This document shows, in pieces, positions 37,609 to 44,888 of a stretch of DNA of 44,888 bases; position 1 is the first letter of the stretch; each line of letters begins with the position of its first letter. A program made the translations under genes and the position numbers. The stretch comes from Alphaproteobacteria bacterium. GTDB taxonomy: Bacteria; Pseudomonadota; Alphaproteobacteria; Caedimonadales; UBA9215. The notes beneath the pieces were generated by a model that was not told where the DNA came from, searched no databases, and saw only the letters and a program-made list of their open reading frames with translations. The stretch is taken from contig JAJRPZ010000022.1 in assembly GCA_024280495.1 (NCBI GenBank), positions 1 to 44,888 of the forward strand, written 5' to 3'.

Positions 37609-38079
37609 ATGTCACGTTTCGACTTGCAACCCTTTTTTAGATCTACCATCGGATTTGATGAGATTGTTGATATGCTAGATGGCATAGCTGATGCTAATCG
37701 CAAACCCAATCAATACCCTCCCTATAATATCGAAAAACTTGCCGAGGAATTATACCGCATTACCATTGCCGTTGCAGGCTTTCGGGAAGATGACCTTGAC
37801 ATTACAAAACATAATCATGTGCTAAACATAGAAGGGCGCATGACTAGAAAAGCTGAAAAAGACAACTCTGATCACACCTACCTTTATAAAGGCATTGCCG
37901 AGAGGTCTTTTCAATTGCAATTTCGCCTTGCAGATCACATGGCAATTTTAGGAGTAGAACTTGAAAATGGCATGTTGTGCGTTACAATGGAACGTGAAAT
38001 TCCCGAAGCTCTTAAACCCCAAAAACTCAAAATAAATACAAAAATCAAAAAAGAATCAAAATTGATTGAGGGGAAATAG
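37609..38079 (+). CDS. Small heat-shock protein, Hsp20/IbpA family
   Basis: MSRFDLQPFFRSTIGFDE...YPPYNIEK...YRITIAVAGFREDDLDI matches the IbpA-type alpha-crystallin domain. ATG at 37609 with AAGGAG 6 nt upstream; the track start at 37546 adds a non-homologous extension. Confidence 0.9.
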   Translation: MSRFDLQPFFRSTIGFDEIVDMLDGIADANRKPNQYPPYNIEKLAEELYRITIAVAGFREDDLDITKHNHVLNIEGRMTRKAEKDNSDHTYLYKGIAERSFQLQFRLADHMAILGVELENGMLCVTMEREIPEALKPQKLKINTKIKKESKLIEGK

Positions 38080-38084
38080 GGACG

Positions 38085-38852
38085 TTAACACCCCCAATTA
38101 AGGCCTTTAGAATTTGTAAGAATATCTTGAGATTCTTGGGTGTAATCCCCATTTTCCTCATGAACTAAAATTCCAGGTAAAATTTTTGACGGTGATTGAA
38201 CATTTTTACGAGCGCGTACGATGACACGTTTAGACTCACGATTTTTTTTTTGCCAAAGGGGAAAAATCGTTATGTCTCCAAAACCTCCATAAAGGGCATT
38301 TATCAGGTCATCTAATCTTGCTGTTGTAAAAACAAAATGCACATACCCTCTTGGTTTGACCATTTTATAAGCAAAATCAATCCAACTATTTAAAGTAATA
38401 CCTTTATCATGATTAGAAGTTGCTTTGCTTTCAAAAGGAGATTCAACGGATATCTCGCTTTCATAATAGGGAGGGTTGGCCATAACATGATCAAAAGAAC
38501 TGGCAGCAAGGCGTGGGGGCGGTAAAAGCAGGTCCCCTTGCATGGCTTCTAAACGATTTTGAAAGTTATTATTTTTTATATTTTGAACCGCTAACCTCAC
38601 CATATCACGTTGAAATTCTAGGCCAATTCCTTTGATGTTTTTAAGGCGATGAGCTGCTGCGAGAAGCGCTGCTCCAGATCCCGTTCCGATATCTAAAAGG
38701 GTTTGAGATTTGGCCGCGCGCTTTTGCTCAACACTTGCGCCTAGAAAAATAGAATCAATAGAGGCTCTATAACCTGTGATGGGCTGTATGAGTTGTATTT
38801 TACCGCCAAGAATTGTGTTTGTTTTATTTTGAATCAAAGGGGGTTGGTTCAT
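38085..38852 (-). CDS. SAM-dependent N6-adenine methyltransferase (TrmN6/YfiC-like, NPPY motif)
   Basis: SAM motif LLDIGTGSGAALLAAA and catalytic VMANPPYYE. 255 aa. Divergent from ispB. Confidence 0.78.
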   Translation of the reverse strand: MNQPPLIQNKTNTILGGKIQLIQPITGYRASIDSIFLGASVEQKRAAKSQTLLDIGTGSGAALLAAAHRLKNIKGIGLEFQRDMVRLAVQNIKNNNFQNRLEAMQGDLLLPPPRLAASSFDHVMANPPYYESEISVESPFESKATSNHDKGITLNSWIDFAYKMVKPRGYVHFVFTTARLDDLINALYGGFGDITIFPLWQKKNRESKRVIVRARKNVQSPSKILPGILVHEENGDYTQESQDILTNSKGLNWGC

Positions 38853-38961
38853 GGGAAAGGTAAATACTCATTTATTTTTCTTATAATATAAGGCATTATG
38901 AATAACATTCTAGAGACATTTTTTTAGTAAACATTTTTAATAAACATAAAAGAGTATCCAT

Positions 38962-40002
38962 ATGGGTTTAGCCCCTAAAATAATTGATATGCCAAAAAAA
39001 AATAATGAAAATCCGTTGGTCGCATTGACCAAGCTAGTTAGTCATGATTTTGAGTCTGTAAATCAGGTAATTCTCCAAGAAATGCAGAGCGAAATTGATT
39101 TGATTCCTCAACTTTCTGCTCATCTTATTTCTTCTGGTGGTAAACGTGTGCGCCCTCTTTTAACTTTGGCAGCAGCTAAACTTTGTGGGTACGATGGTCC
39201 AAACAAGGCACACATTCAATTGGCGGCTGCCGTCGAGTTTATTCACACAGCAACGTTGCTTCATGATGATGTGGTGGATGAAAGTCTTGTGCGCCGTGGG
39301 AACCCCTCTGCCAATGCCCTATTCGGCAATCAAGCAAGCGTTTTAGTTGGTGATTTTTTATTTTCAAGAGCTTTTCAATTGATGGTCAAAACGGGGTCTT
39401 TAACAGCCTTAGAAAGTTTATCAAGAGCTTCCGCAGTATTGGCTGAGGGTGAAGTAATGCAACTTATGGACCATGGTAATTTGGATATGCATGAAGAACG
39501 TTATCTAGAAATCATAGCCTCAAAAACAGCAACACTTTTTGAATCTGCATGCGAAGTTGGCTCTCTTATTTCTGATAATGAATCCGATGCCAGGACTCAA
39601 GCTTTAAAAAATTATGGATCTGCCCTTGGGATATGTTTTCAAATCATTGATGATATTTTAGATTATGGCTCTTGTGCTCAGACCTTTGGTAAAAATATTG
39701 GGGATGATTTTCGGGAAAAAAAAGTGACCCTTCCTGTGATCTGTGCTTATGGAAAAGGATCTAATAATGAGAAAGAATTCTGGCAGCATGCCTTTGATCT
39801 TAGAAATAAAAAAGACTCTTTTGAGGTAGATTTCACACAAGCACAATCCTATATTCTAAAACATAATACTCTTAAAATTTGTCATGAAAAAGCAGGTTTT
39901 TATGCAGAAAAAGCTAAAAAATCCCTTGATTTTTTTGATGAGAGCCCTTTAAAGAAAAATCTATTGGATCTTATAGATTTTTGTTTATATCGTGATTATT
40001 AA
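38962..40002 (+). CDS. ispB: Polyprenyl (octaprenyl-type) diphosphate synthase
   Basis: First DDxxD-type motif LLHDDVVDES, second FQIIDDILD, and GKRVRP. Confidence 0.9.
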   Translation: MGLAPKIIDMPKKNNENPLVALTKLVSHDFESVNQVILQEMQSEIDLIPQLSAHLISSGGKRVRPLLTLAAAKLCGYDGPNKAHIQLAAAVEFIHTATLLHDDVVDESLVRRGNPSANALFGNQASVLVGDFLFSRAFQLMVKTGSLTALESLSRASAVLAEGEVMQLMDHGNLDMHEERYLEIIASKTATLFESACEVGSLISDNESDARTQALKNYGSALGICFQIIDDILDYGSCAQTFGKNIGDDFREKKVTLPVICAYGKGSNNEKEFWQHAFDLRNKKDSFEVDFTQAQSYILKHNTLKICHEKAGFYAEKAKKSLDFFDESPLKKNLLDLIDFCLYRDY

Positions 40003-40007
40003 TTAAT

Positions 40008-40472
40008 ATGATTATTCCATATGATTCAAAAAAAATTAAAAAAAGGATATCCCCCAAACAGAAAACTATCTTAGTCGGTGGATGTTTCGACGTTTTACAC
40101 TACGGTCATATTTCTTTTTTAAAAAAAGCATCGACTTTGGGAAATCATCTTGTGATTGCCCTTGAGGGCGACGAAACAATAGTGCTGACAAAAGACCGTC
40201 AGGTTTTTCATAGTCAACAACAACGGGCTGAAATATTAGAATCACTTTCCTTTGTTGATGACGTCATATTATTGCCCACGTTCAAAACAGATAAAGATTA
40301 TTTTCAACTTGTTGAAGCAATATATCCCACTGTTATCGCCATGACAGAAGGAGATCCACAATATCATAATAAAATGCGTCAAGCCGCCCACGTTGGTGGT
40401 AATACCATTGTAATCCCCTTTGAAAAAGGATTTTCTACAACGGATCTTTTGAAAAAATACAACTCCCTTTAG
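40008..40472 (+). CDS. Stand-alone cytidylyltransferase-like (HxGH) nucleotidyltransferase
   Basis: GGCFDVLHYGHISFLKKA (HxGH motif) and a C-terminal GFSTTDLL (ISST-like). 154 aa. The ATG lies 5 nt after the ispB stop. Confidence 0.8.
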   Translation: MIIPYDSKKIKKRISPKQKTILVGGCFDVLHYGHISFLKKASTLGNHLVIALEGDETIVLTKDRQVFHSQQQRAEILESLSFVDDVILLPTFKTDKDYFQLVEAIYPTVIAMTEGDPQYHNKMRQAAHVGGNTIVIPFEKGFSTTDLLKKYNSL

Positions 40473-40507
40473 GGCGTACCCTAAAAAACACGGGCAGAAA
40501 TTTATAA

Positions 40508-42631
40508 TTATTTTTTGTACCAAAGACTCCAAGGGCGGTTACCAAGGGTTTGCTTGACTGTTTTTATTTGAATTTTTGTTTTATCGATAAAAATAAAATG
40601 CCCGCCTTTTTTCCTGAAATCAAGGGGCGTTATATCGATGCTTTCTCCATTTTTTCTAAGATTTAAGAAAATATAATTAACCTTTCGTCGCCATCTTTTT
40701 CTTGAAGTGTGATTGATATCAATAAAACAATTTTTACAGGCAATATGGTAACAATCAGCATCGATTTTTCTAAAATTAGGATTTCTATTTTTGTCACTAA
40801 TTTTAGTATGATTTTTCAGAGCTATTTGTTGGAGCCAAGATTTTCTAGCAAAGCGTCCTGATTGATTGGTGTTGGTCCAGGCCTTTTTTGTTTGTTGATC
40901 ATAAAATCCCATAAGATTTTGGTCTTGGGGGATGAAAACATCTGGTTGCTTGACAAAAAGCAGAAGAAAAACTGAAAGGCTTATGGGGATAAGACCATAA
41001 AAACGCCAACTGGTTTGCATGAAAGCCATCCAAATAAGCCCTAAAATACAAAGAACTTTTAAAAAAACTGGAATGGCAGGAACAAGAATAATGGCACCAG
41101 GAAGGCTTTGCCCCCAAAAAGAAAGATGCTGAAGCCCCTCAAGAGAAAGGCTGAGTGGGGAAGATAAAAAAGTTAAGGCAAGGGGACCAAAAACAATAGT
41201 TAGCAAGAGACTTAAAACAATGAGAGGCATTAAAACAAAAGACATAAGGGGGATAGCCATAAGATTCGTAACAAGGGCCACCAGGGAAAAACGATTAAAG
41301 GTAAAAATCGTAAATGGCATGGTGGCGAGGGTCGCTAAGAGGCTGGAAATTAAAAGAGTTGTTATATAAATGGATCCCTTTCGCAATAAAGGAAACCTTG
41401 AATCCCCAGCTTTGGCATAGGAAAAACTCAGCCATCGATTTGTTTTTTCATAAAAAGCCACAAGGGCAATCACGGCAGCAAAAGATAACTGAAAACTGGG
41501 TCCCATAAGGGCATCGGGAATAAAAATAAGCACAAGAAGAGCAGCCAAAGAAACATTACGCAAGGTCAATGCAATGCGGTCCACCATGACGGCTAAAAGA
41601 ATAAGGCCCGTCATAATAAAGGCACGTTGAGCAGGAATGGTCATGCCACTGACAATCAGGTAAGCTAACGTGAATAAGAGGGCGATACCCGCTGCTATTT
41701 TTTTTATATTATAGTTAAGGCTTAAAAAGGGAATGAAACTCAAAACCCCTCGTATGAGGAGAAATATAAGACCAGCCACAAGGCTCAGGTGCAATCCTGA
41801 AATAGCCAAAATATGTGCAATACCAGGATCGGCAAAGGCTTGTCGTGTTTTTTCTTTGATTCCAGAACGATCACCTGTCACAAGGGCTGCCATAATGGCG
41901 CCGCTTTGCCCTGGAATGTTTTTCCTCATGAGATCGGTGAGTTTTGTTCTAAATTTGGCGATGCCATGACGAATTTTTGTGACGAAAGATTTCTTTTTAA
42001 TATTACTGGGTTTTTTAATTAATTCCAGTGGCGCAAGGGCATACCCAACGGCGCCAATGCCTTGGAAATAAGCACGTTGCCTAAAGTCATAACTACCAGG
42101 GGTTATGGGGGGGCTGGGAGGCCGAAGAGATCCAATGGCATGGACGCGTTGTCCTGGCATTAAGAGAGAATCTGGCTGTAGGCGTCCTTTGAGTGTTAGA
42201 CGAATTTTTGTTGGAATAGGTAAATATTTACGCATTTTTTTCGTAAAGGTAACATCTTCAAGGATGACTCGGGTGCCTCTGGGAAGTCGTTGGATATTTT
42301 CGATTGTCCCCTCGAATTTACTGTAGCCGATTTGACCTAAAAGTTGCGGCGTTGAAAGGCGGTCTGTTTTGTATTTAATATTGAAAAAACCAAGGGCTAT
42401 GAGTGCGAGAGCATACCCTATACGTCGATACCACAGAAGATCTGTACGCTTAGCCAGATGCCAGAGATAAAAACTAAAGGCTAAGGTGGTGCCAACACTC
42501 CATAAAGTTATTTTTAAACTTGGTTCTTGAGGAAGAAAAAAATAAAAAACAATACCCAAGCCAAAAAATACAGGCGCCCAATAAAAAAAGTGTGCTTCTT
42601 CCCCCTCTAATTTTTGAGCTATTCTGATCAC
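40508..42631 (-). CDS. comEC: ComEC/Rec2-family DNA internalisation channel protein
   Basis: Polytopic. Competence-domain motifs FADPGIAHILAISGLHLSLV and PAQRAFIMTG, and an N-terminal OB-like region. The longest ORF (GTG 42769) overlaps the divergent gltX by 66 nt. The in-frame GTG at 42631 (residues IRIAQKLEGEEAHFFYWAPVFFG, with the initiating GTG read as Met) gives a typical N-terminus. Confidence 0.8.
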   Translation of the reverse strand: MIRIAQKLEGEEAHFFYWAPVFFGLGIVFYFFLPQEPSLKITLWSVGTTLAFSFYLWHLAKRTDLLWYRRIGYALALIALGFFNIKYKTDRLSTPQLLGQIGYSKFEGTIENIQRLPRGTRVILEDVTFTKKMRKYLPIPTKIRLTLKGRLQPDSLLMPGQRVHAIGSLRPPSPPITPGSYDFRQRAYFQGIGAVGYALAPLELIKKPSNIKKKSFVTKIRHGIAKFRTKLTDLMRKNIPGQSGAIMAALVTGDRSGIKEKTRQAFADPGIAHILAISGLHLSLVAGLIFLLIRGVLSFIPFLSLNYNIKKIAAGIALLFTLAYLIVSGMTIPAQRAFIMTGLILLAVMVDRIALTLRNVSLAALLVLIFIPDALMGPSFQLSFAAVIALVAFYEKTNRWLSFSYAKAGDSRFPLLRKGSIYITTLLISSLLATLATMPFTIFTFNRFSLVALVTNLMAIPLMSFVLMPLIVLSLLLTIVFGPLALTFLSSPLSLSLEGLQHLSFWGQSLPGAIILVPAIPVFLKVLCILGLIWMAFMQTSWRFYGLIPISLSVFLLLFVKQPDVFIPQDQNLMGFYDQQTKKAWTNTNQSGRFARKSWLQQIALKNHTKISDKNRNPNFRKIDADCYHIACKNCFIDINHTSRKRWRRKVNYIFLNLRKNGESIDITPLDFRKKGGHFIFIDKTKIQIKTVKQTLGNRPWSLWYKK

Positions 42632-42721
42632 AAGTTTATTGATGAGCTTTCTGGGCTTGTATGAAATAGCGCTCTCATTTATCTTAGTATTAACCTTAAT
42701 ACCATGAGTTTGTCTTATAAT

Positions 42722-44128
42722 ATGTCCATTGTCACCCGTTTTGCACCTTCCCCCACTGGTTTTCTCCACATTGGCGGCGCCAGAACCGCTTTATTTAATT
42801 ACTTACTTGCCAAAAATAAAGGTGGAAAATTCTTGCTACGCATTGAAGATACCGACCAAAAACGCTCAACCCCCGAGGCAGTTGACGCCATCTTAGATAG
42901 CCTCTCTTGGTTGGGGCTCGAGCATGATGGAGATATTGTTTATCAATTTTCAAGAGCGTCCCACCATAAGGAAATGGTCGAAAAGCTATTATCTGAAGGA
43001 AAAGCATATCATTGTTATGCGTCCCCAGAAGAATTAGAAGCTATGCGAGAAAAGGCGAGAAATGAAAAACGTCCTCCAGGATATGACGGTCGCTGGCGGG
43101 ATCGAGATCCGTCAGAAGCTCCTGAAGGTATTAACCCAGTGGTGCGTTTAAAAACGCCCCAATCTGGGGTCACGACTCTAAAAGATGATGTTCAAGGAGA
43201 AATCAGCGTTGCCAATGATCAGTTGGATGATTTAATTTTACTTCGTTCCGATGGAACACCAACCTATATGCTATCTGTTGTTATCGATGATTATGATATG
43301 GGCGTAACACATATTATGCGTGGCGATGATCACCTCACGAATAGTTTTCGCCAAAAACAAATTTATCAAGCTTTTGGGTGGGAAATGCCAAAGCTTTCTC
43401 ATGTGCCATTGATTCATGGGGCCGATGGTGCAAAGCTCTCCAAGCGCCATGGGGCATTGGGGGCCGATGCTTACCGAGATATGGGGATTTTACCAGAAGC
43501 CCTTTGTAACTATCTTCTTCGGTTGGGGTGGAGTCACGGTGATGATGAAATCATTCCTCGAAATCAAGCCATAGAATGGTTTTCAACGAAACATATTGGA
43601 AAATCTCCAGCACGTTTTGATATGGAGAAACTCCTCAGTTTAAATGCACACTATCTACGAGAAAAAAACAATGACGCGTTAATGTCTTTGATTCAACCTC
43701 TGATGGAAAAAAAACAAAATCGGGAGTTGGAAAGAAGTGAAGTAGAAAAAATCACAAAGGGCATGGCCCCCTTAAAAGAACGTGCGAAAGATTTACATAT
43801 ATTAGCAGAGGGTGCTTCCGTTTATTTGACGCAAAACCCCTTTGTTCTAGAAGACAAACCAAAAAAACAACTCTCAACAGAAGATGCACAAACAGTTCTA
43901 AAATTTGTATATGAAAATATTGATATCATTTCTTGTTGGGATCAAGAAACTCTTGAGGCTGCATTGAGAGAATTGGCCGAACGCCAAGGTCTTAAATTCG
44001 GGAAAGTTGCTGGCCCGTTGCGTGCTGCTATAAGCGGTCGATCTGTCTCTCCAGGTGTTTTTGATCTCATGGCAACTCTCGGACAAAAAGAAACCATGGA
44101 TCGCCTTAAATCCGCCCTAAATTTATAA
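42722..44128 (+). CDS. gltX: Glutamate--tRNA ligase
   Basis: VTRFAPSPTGFLHIGGARTAL (HIGH) and KLSKRHG (KMSKS). The ATG at 42722 gives the canonical MSIVTRFAPSPTG N-terminus. An alternative ATG lies at 42704. Confidence 0.95.
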   Translation: MSIVTRFAPSPTGFLHIGGARTALFNYLLAKNKGGKFLLRIEDTDQKRSTPEAVDAILDSLSWLGLEHDGDIVYQFSRASHHKEMVEKLLSEGKAYHCYASPEELEAMREKARNEKRPPGYDGRWRDRDPSEAPEGINPVVRLKTPQSGVTTLKDDVQGEISVANDQLDDLILLRSDGTPTYMLSVVIDDYDMGVTHIMRGDDHLTNSFRQKQIYQAFGWEMPKLSHVPLIHGADGAKLSKRHGALGADAYRDMGILPEALCNYLLRLGWSHGDDEIIPRNQAIEWFSTKHIGKSPARFDMEKLLSLNAHYLREKNNDALMSLIQPLMEKKQNRELERSEVEKITKGMAPLKERAKDLHILAEGASVYLTQNPFVLEDKPKKQLSTEDAQTVLKFVYENIDIISCWDQETLEAALRELAERQGLKFGKVAGPLRAAISGRSVSPGVFDLMATLGQKETMDRLKSALNL

Positions 44129-44142
44129 TAGACTATTATAGT

Positions 44143-44237
44143 TGATTAGCTTTTTGTTTACACGAGACGTAAGGGACGACGGCTATACTTATAGCCAAGG
44201 AGCATAGTAACAAAGTGTAAACATAAAAATGATTAGC
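44143..44237. repeat. 79-bp inverted-repeat element flanked by 8-bp direct repeats (MITE-like)
   Basis: Direct repeats tgattagc at 44143-44150 and 44230-44237. Terminal inverted repeats tttttgtttacac (44151-44163) and gtgtaaacataaaaa (44215-44229), with 13 matching positions and one indel. Internal perfect hairpin ggctata-ct-tatagcc (44181-44196). Confidence 0.35.
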
Positions 44238-44325
44238 TATAGGTGAATTTTTATACGATTTGTTAATACATTTCATGGAGATATGAAACCATTGAAAATG
44301 CATAAAATAAACAGGAAGGTTAAAC

Positions 44326-44888
44326 ATGAGTAATGCAGCAGAAAACCAAAATACACGTGAGGTTAATTTGAAAGTGCAAGATGGCAATAAAACAAAAACA
44401 ATAACTCTGCCCGTTATGCATGCTTCCATGGGGCCCTCCGTTGTGGATGTCCGTCGTTTGTATGCAGATCATAGCATTTTCACCTATGATCCTGGTTTTA
44501 CTTCCACGGCCAGTTGTGAATCTCAAATCACTTTTATTGATGGAGAAAAAGGTGTGTTGCTGCACCGTGGATATGACATTCAAGAACTTGCCACGAAAAG
44601 TAATTACCTTGATGTTTGTTACTTACTCATGGAAGGTGAATTACCCACCAAGGCTCAACAAGCTGAATTTCGTAATACCATCACCAATCATACTATGTTA
44701 CATGAGCAAATGGCTCATTTTTACCGCGGTTTTAGGCGTGATGCACATCCCATGGCTATTATGGTTGCCGTTGTGGGTGCTTTATCTGCATTTTACCATG
44801 ACTCCCTAGATATTAATGACCCTGATCAACGTCAACTAGCCTCCCATCGCTTGGTTGCCAAAATGCCAACAATTGCAGCCATGGCCTA
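44326..44888 (+). CDS. gltA: Citrate synthase (5' part; runs off the window end)
   Basis: Absent from the track because there is no stop within the window. ATG at 44326 preceded by AGGAAGG. Translation: MSNAAENQ...[62 protein letters not shown]...[11 protein letters not shown], which is typical of type II citrate synthase. Confidence 0.93.
   Translation, partial: MSNAAENQNTREVNLKVQDGNKTKTITLPVMHASMGPSVVDVRRLYADHSIFTYDPGFTSTASCESQITFIDGEKGVLLHRGYDIQELATKSNYLDVCYLLMEGELPTKAQQAEFRNTITNHTMLHEQMAHFYRGFRRDAHPMAIMVAVVGALSAFYHDSLDINDPDQRQLASHRLVAKMPTIAAMA

Noticed and set aside
40470-40483. Palindrome tagggcgtacccta overlapping the stop codon of the nucleotidyltransferase gene, considered as a possible terminator shared with comEC.
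   Set aside because: The T-run precedes the stem and the A-run follows it on the plus strand. That is the wrong polarity for an intrinsic terminator on either strand, and the stem is only 5 bp.
44136-44809. Track ORFs 44136..44429 (-), 44320..44583 (-) and 44420..44809 (+).
   Set aside because: From 44326 onward the DNA is explained by the gltA frame, a strong citrate synthase match. The remaining part of the 97-aa minus ORF runs through the inverted-repeat element. All three have hydrophobic or low-complexity, shadow-like translations.
1-44888. I looked for CRISPR arrays, rRNA genes, tandem repeats, and toxin-antitoxin or restriction-modification style defence modules.
   Set aside because: No regularly spaced direct repeats, no rRNA-like sequence and no paired small ORFs of TA type were seen. 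The only NPPY methyltransferase (38085..38852) has no nuclease partner and sits in a conserved position beside ispB.

Overview
This is a low-GC, tightly packed chromosomal segment. I call about 42 protein genes, one tRNA and two very small ORFs, with many 4-20 nt intergenic gaps and ATGA stop/start overlaps. Almost everything is housekeeping. The gene order looks alphaproteobacterial: thrS-infC, radA-cvpA, pepA..holC-ndk, an AI-2E permease next to hdaA, comEC/gltX-gltA, and a methyltransferase divergent from ispB. AT-richness, thyX instead of thyA, cydABX and an isolated motAB pair suggest a Holosporales/Rickettsiales-like intracellular lineage, but that is inference only. All product calls come from motifs read in the supplied translations; no database search was possible.

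I found no CRISPR array, rRNA, intact mobile element or recognisable defence system.

The most interesting items:
1. A truncated haemoglobin and a ferredoxin-FNR reductase form a translationally coupled two-gene cassette that sits between pepA and holC.
2. A 1045-aa single-polypeptide fusion joins a GltD/SudA-like and a PyrK/SudB-like oxidoreductase behind an unrecognisable N-terminal domain of about 230 aa.
3. Two small mobile-DNA scars are present: an IS6-like transposase C-terminal relic, and a 79-bp inverted-repeat element flanked by 8-bp direct repeats.
4. Several genes or starts are missed or mis-set by the ORF track: infC with an AUU start, cydX, a 56-codon ORF upstream of cydA, partial gltA at the window edge, and corrected starts for thyX, ndk, hsp20, glbN, gltX and comEC.
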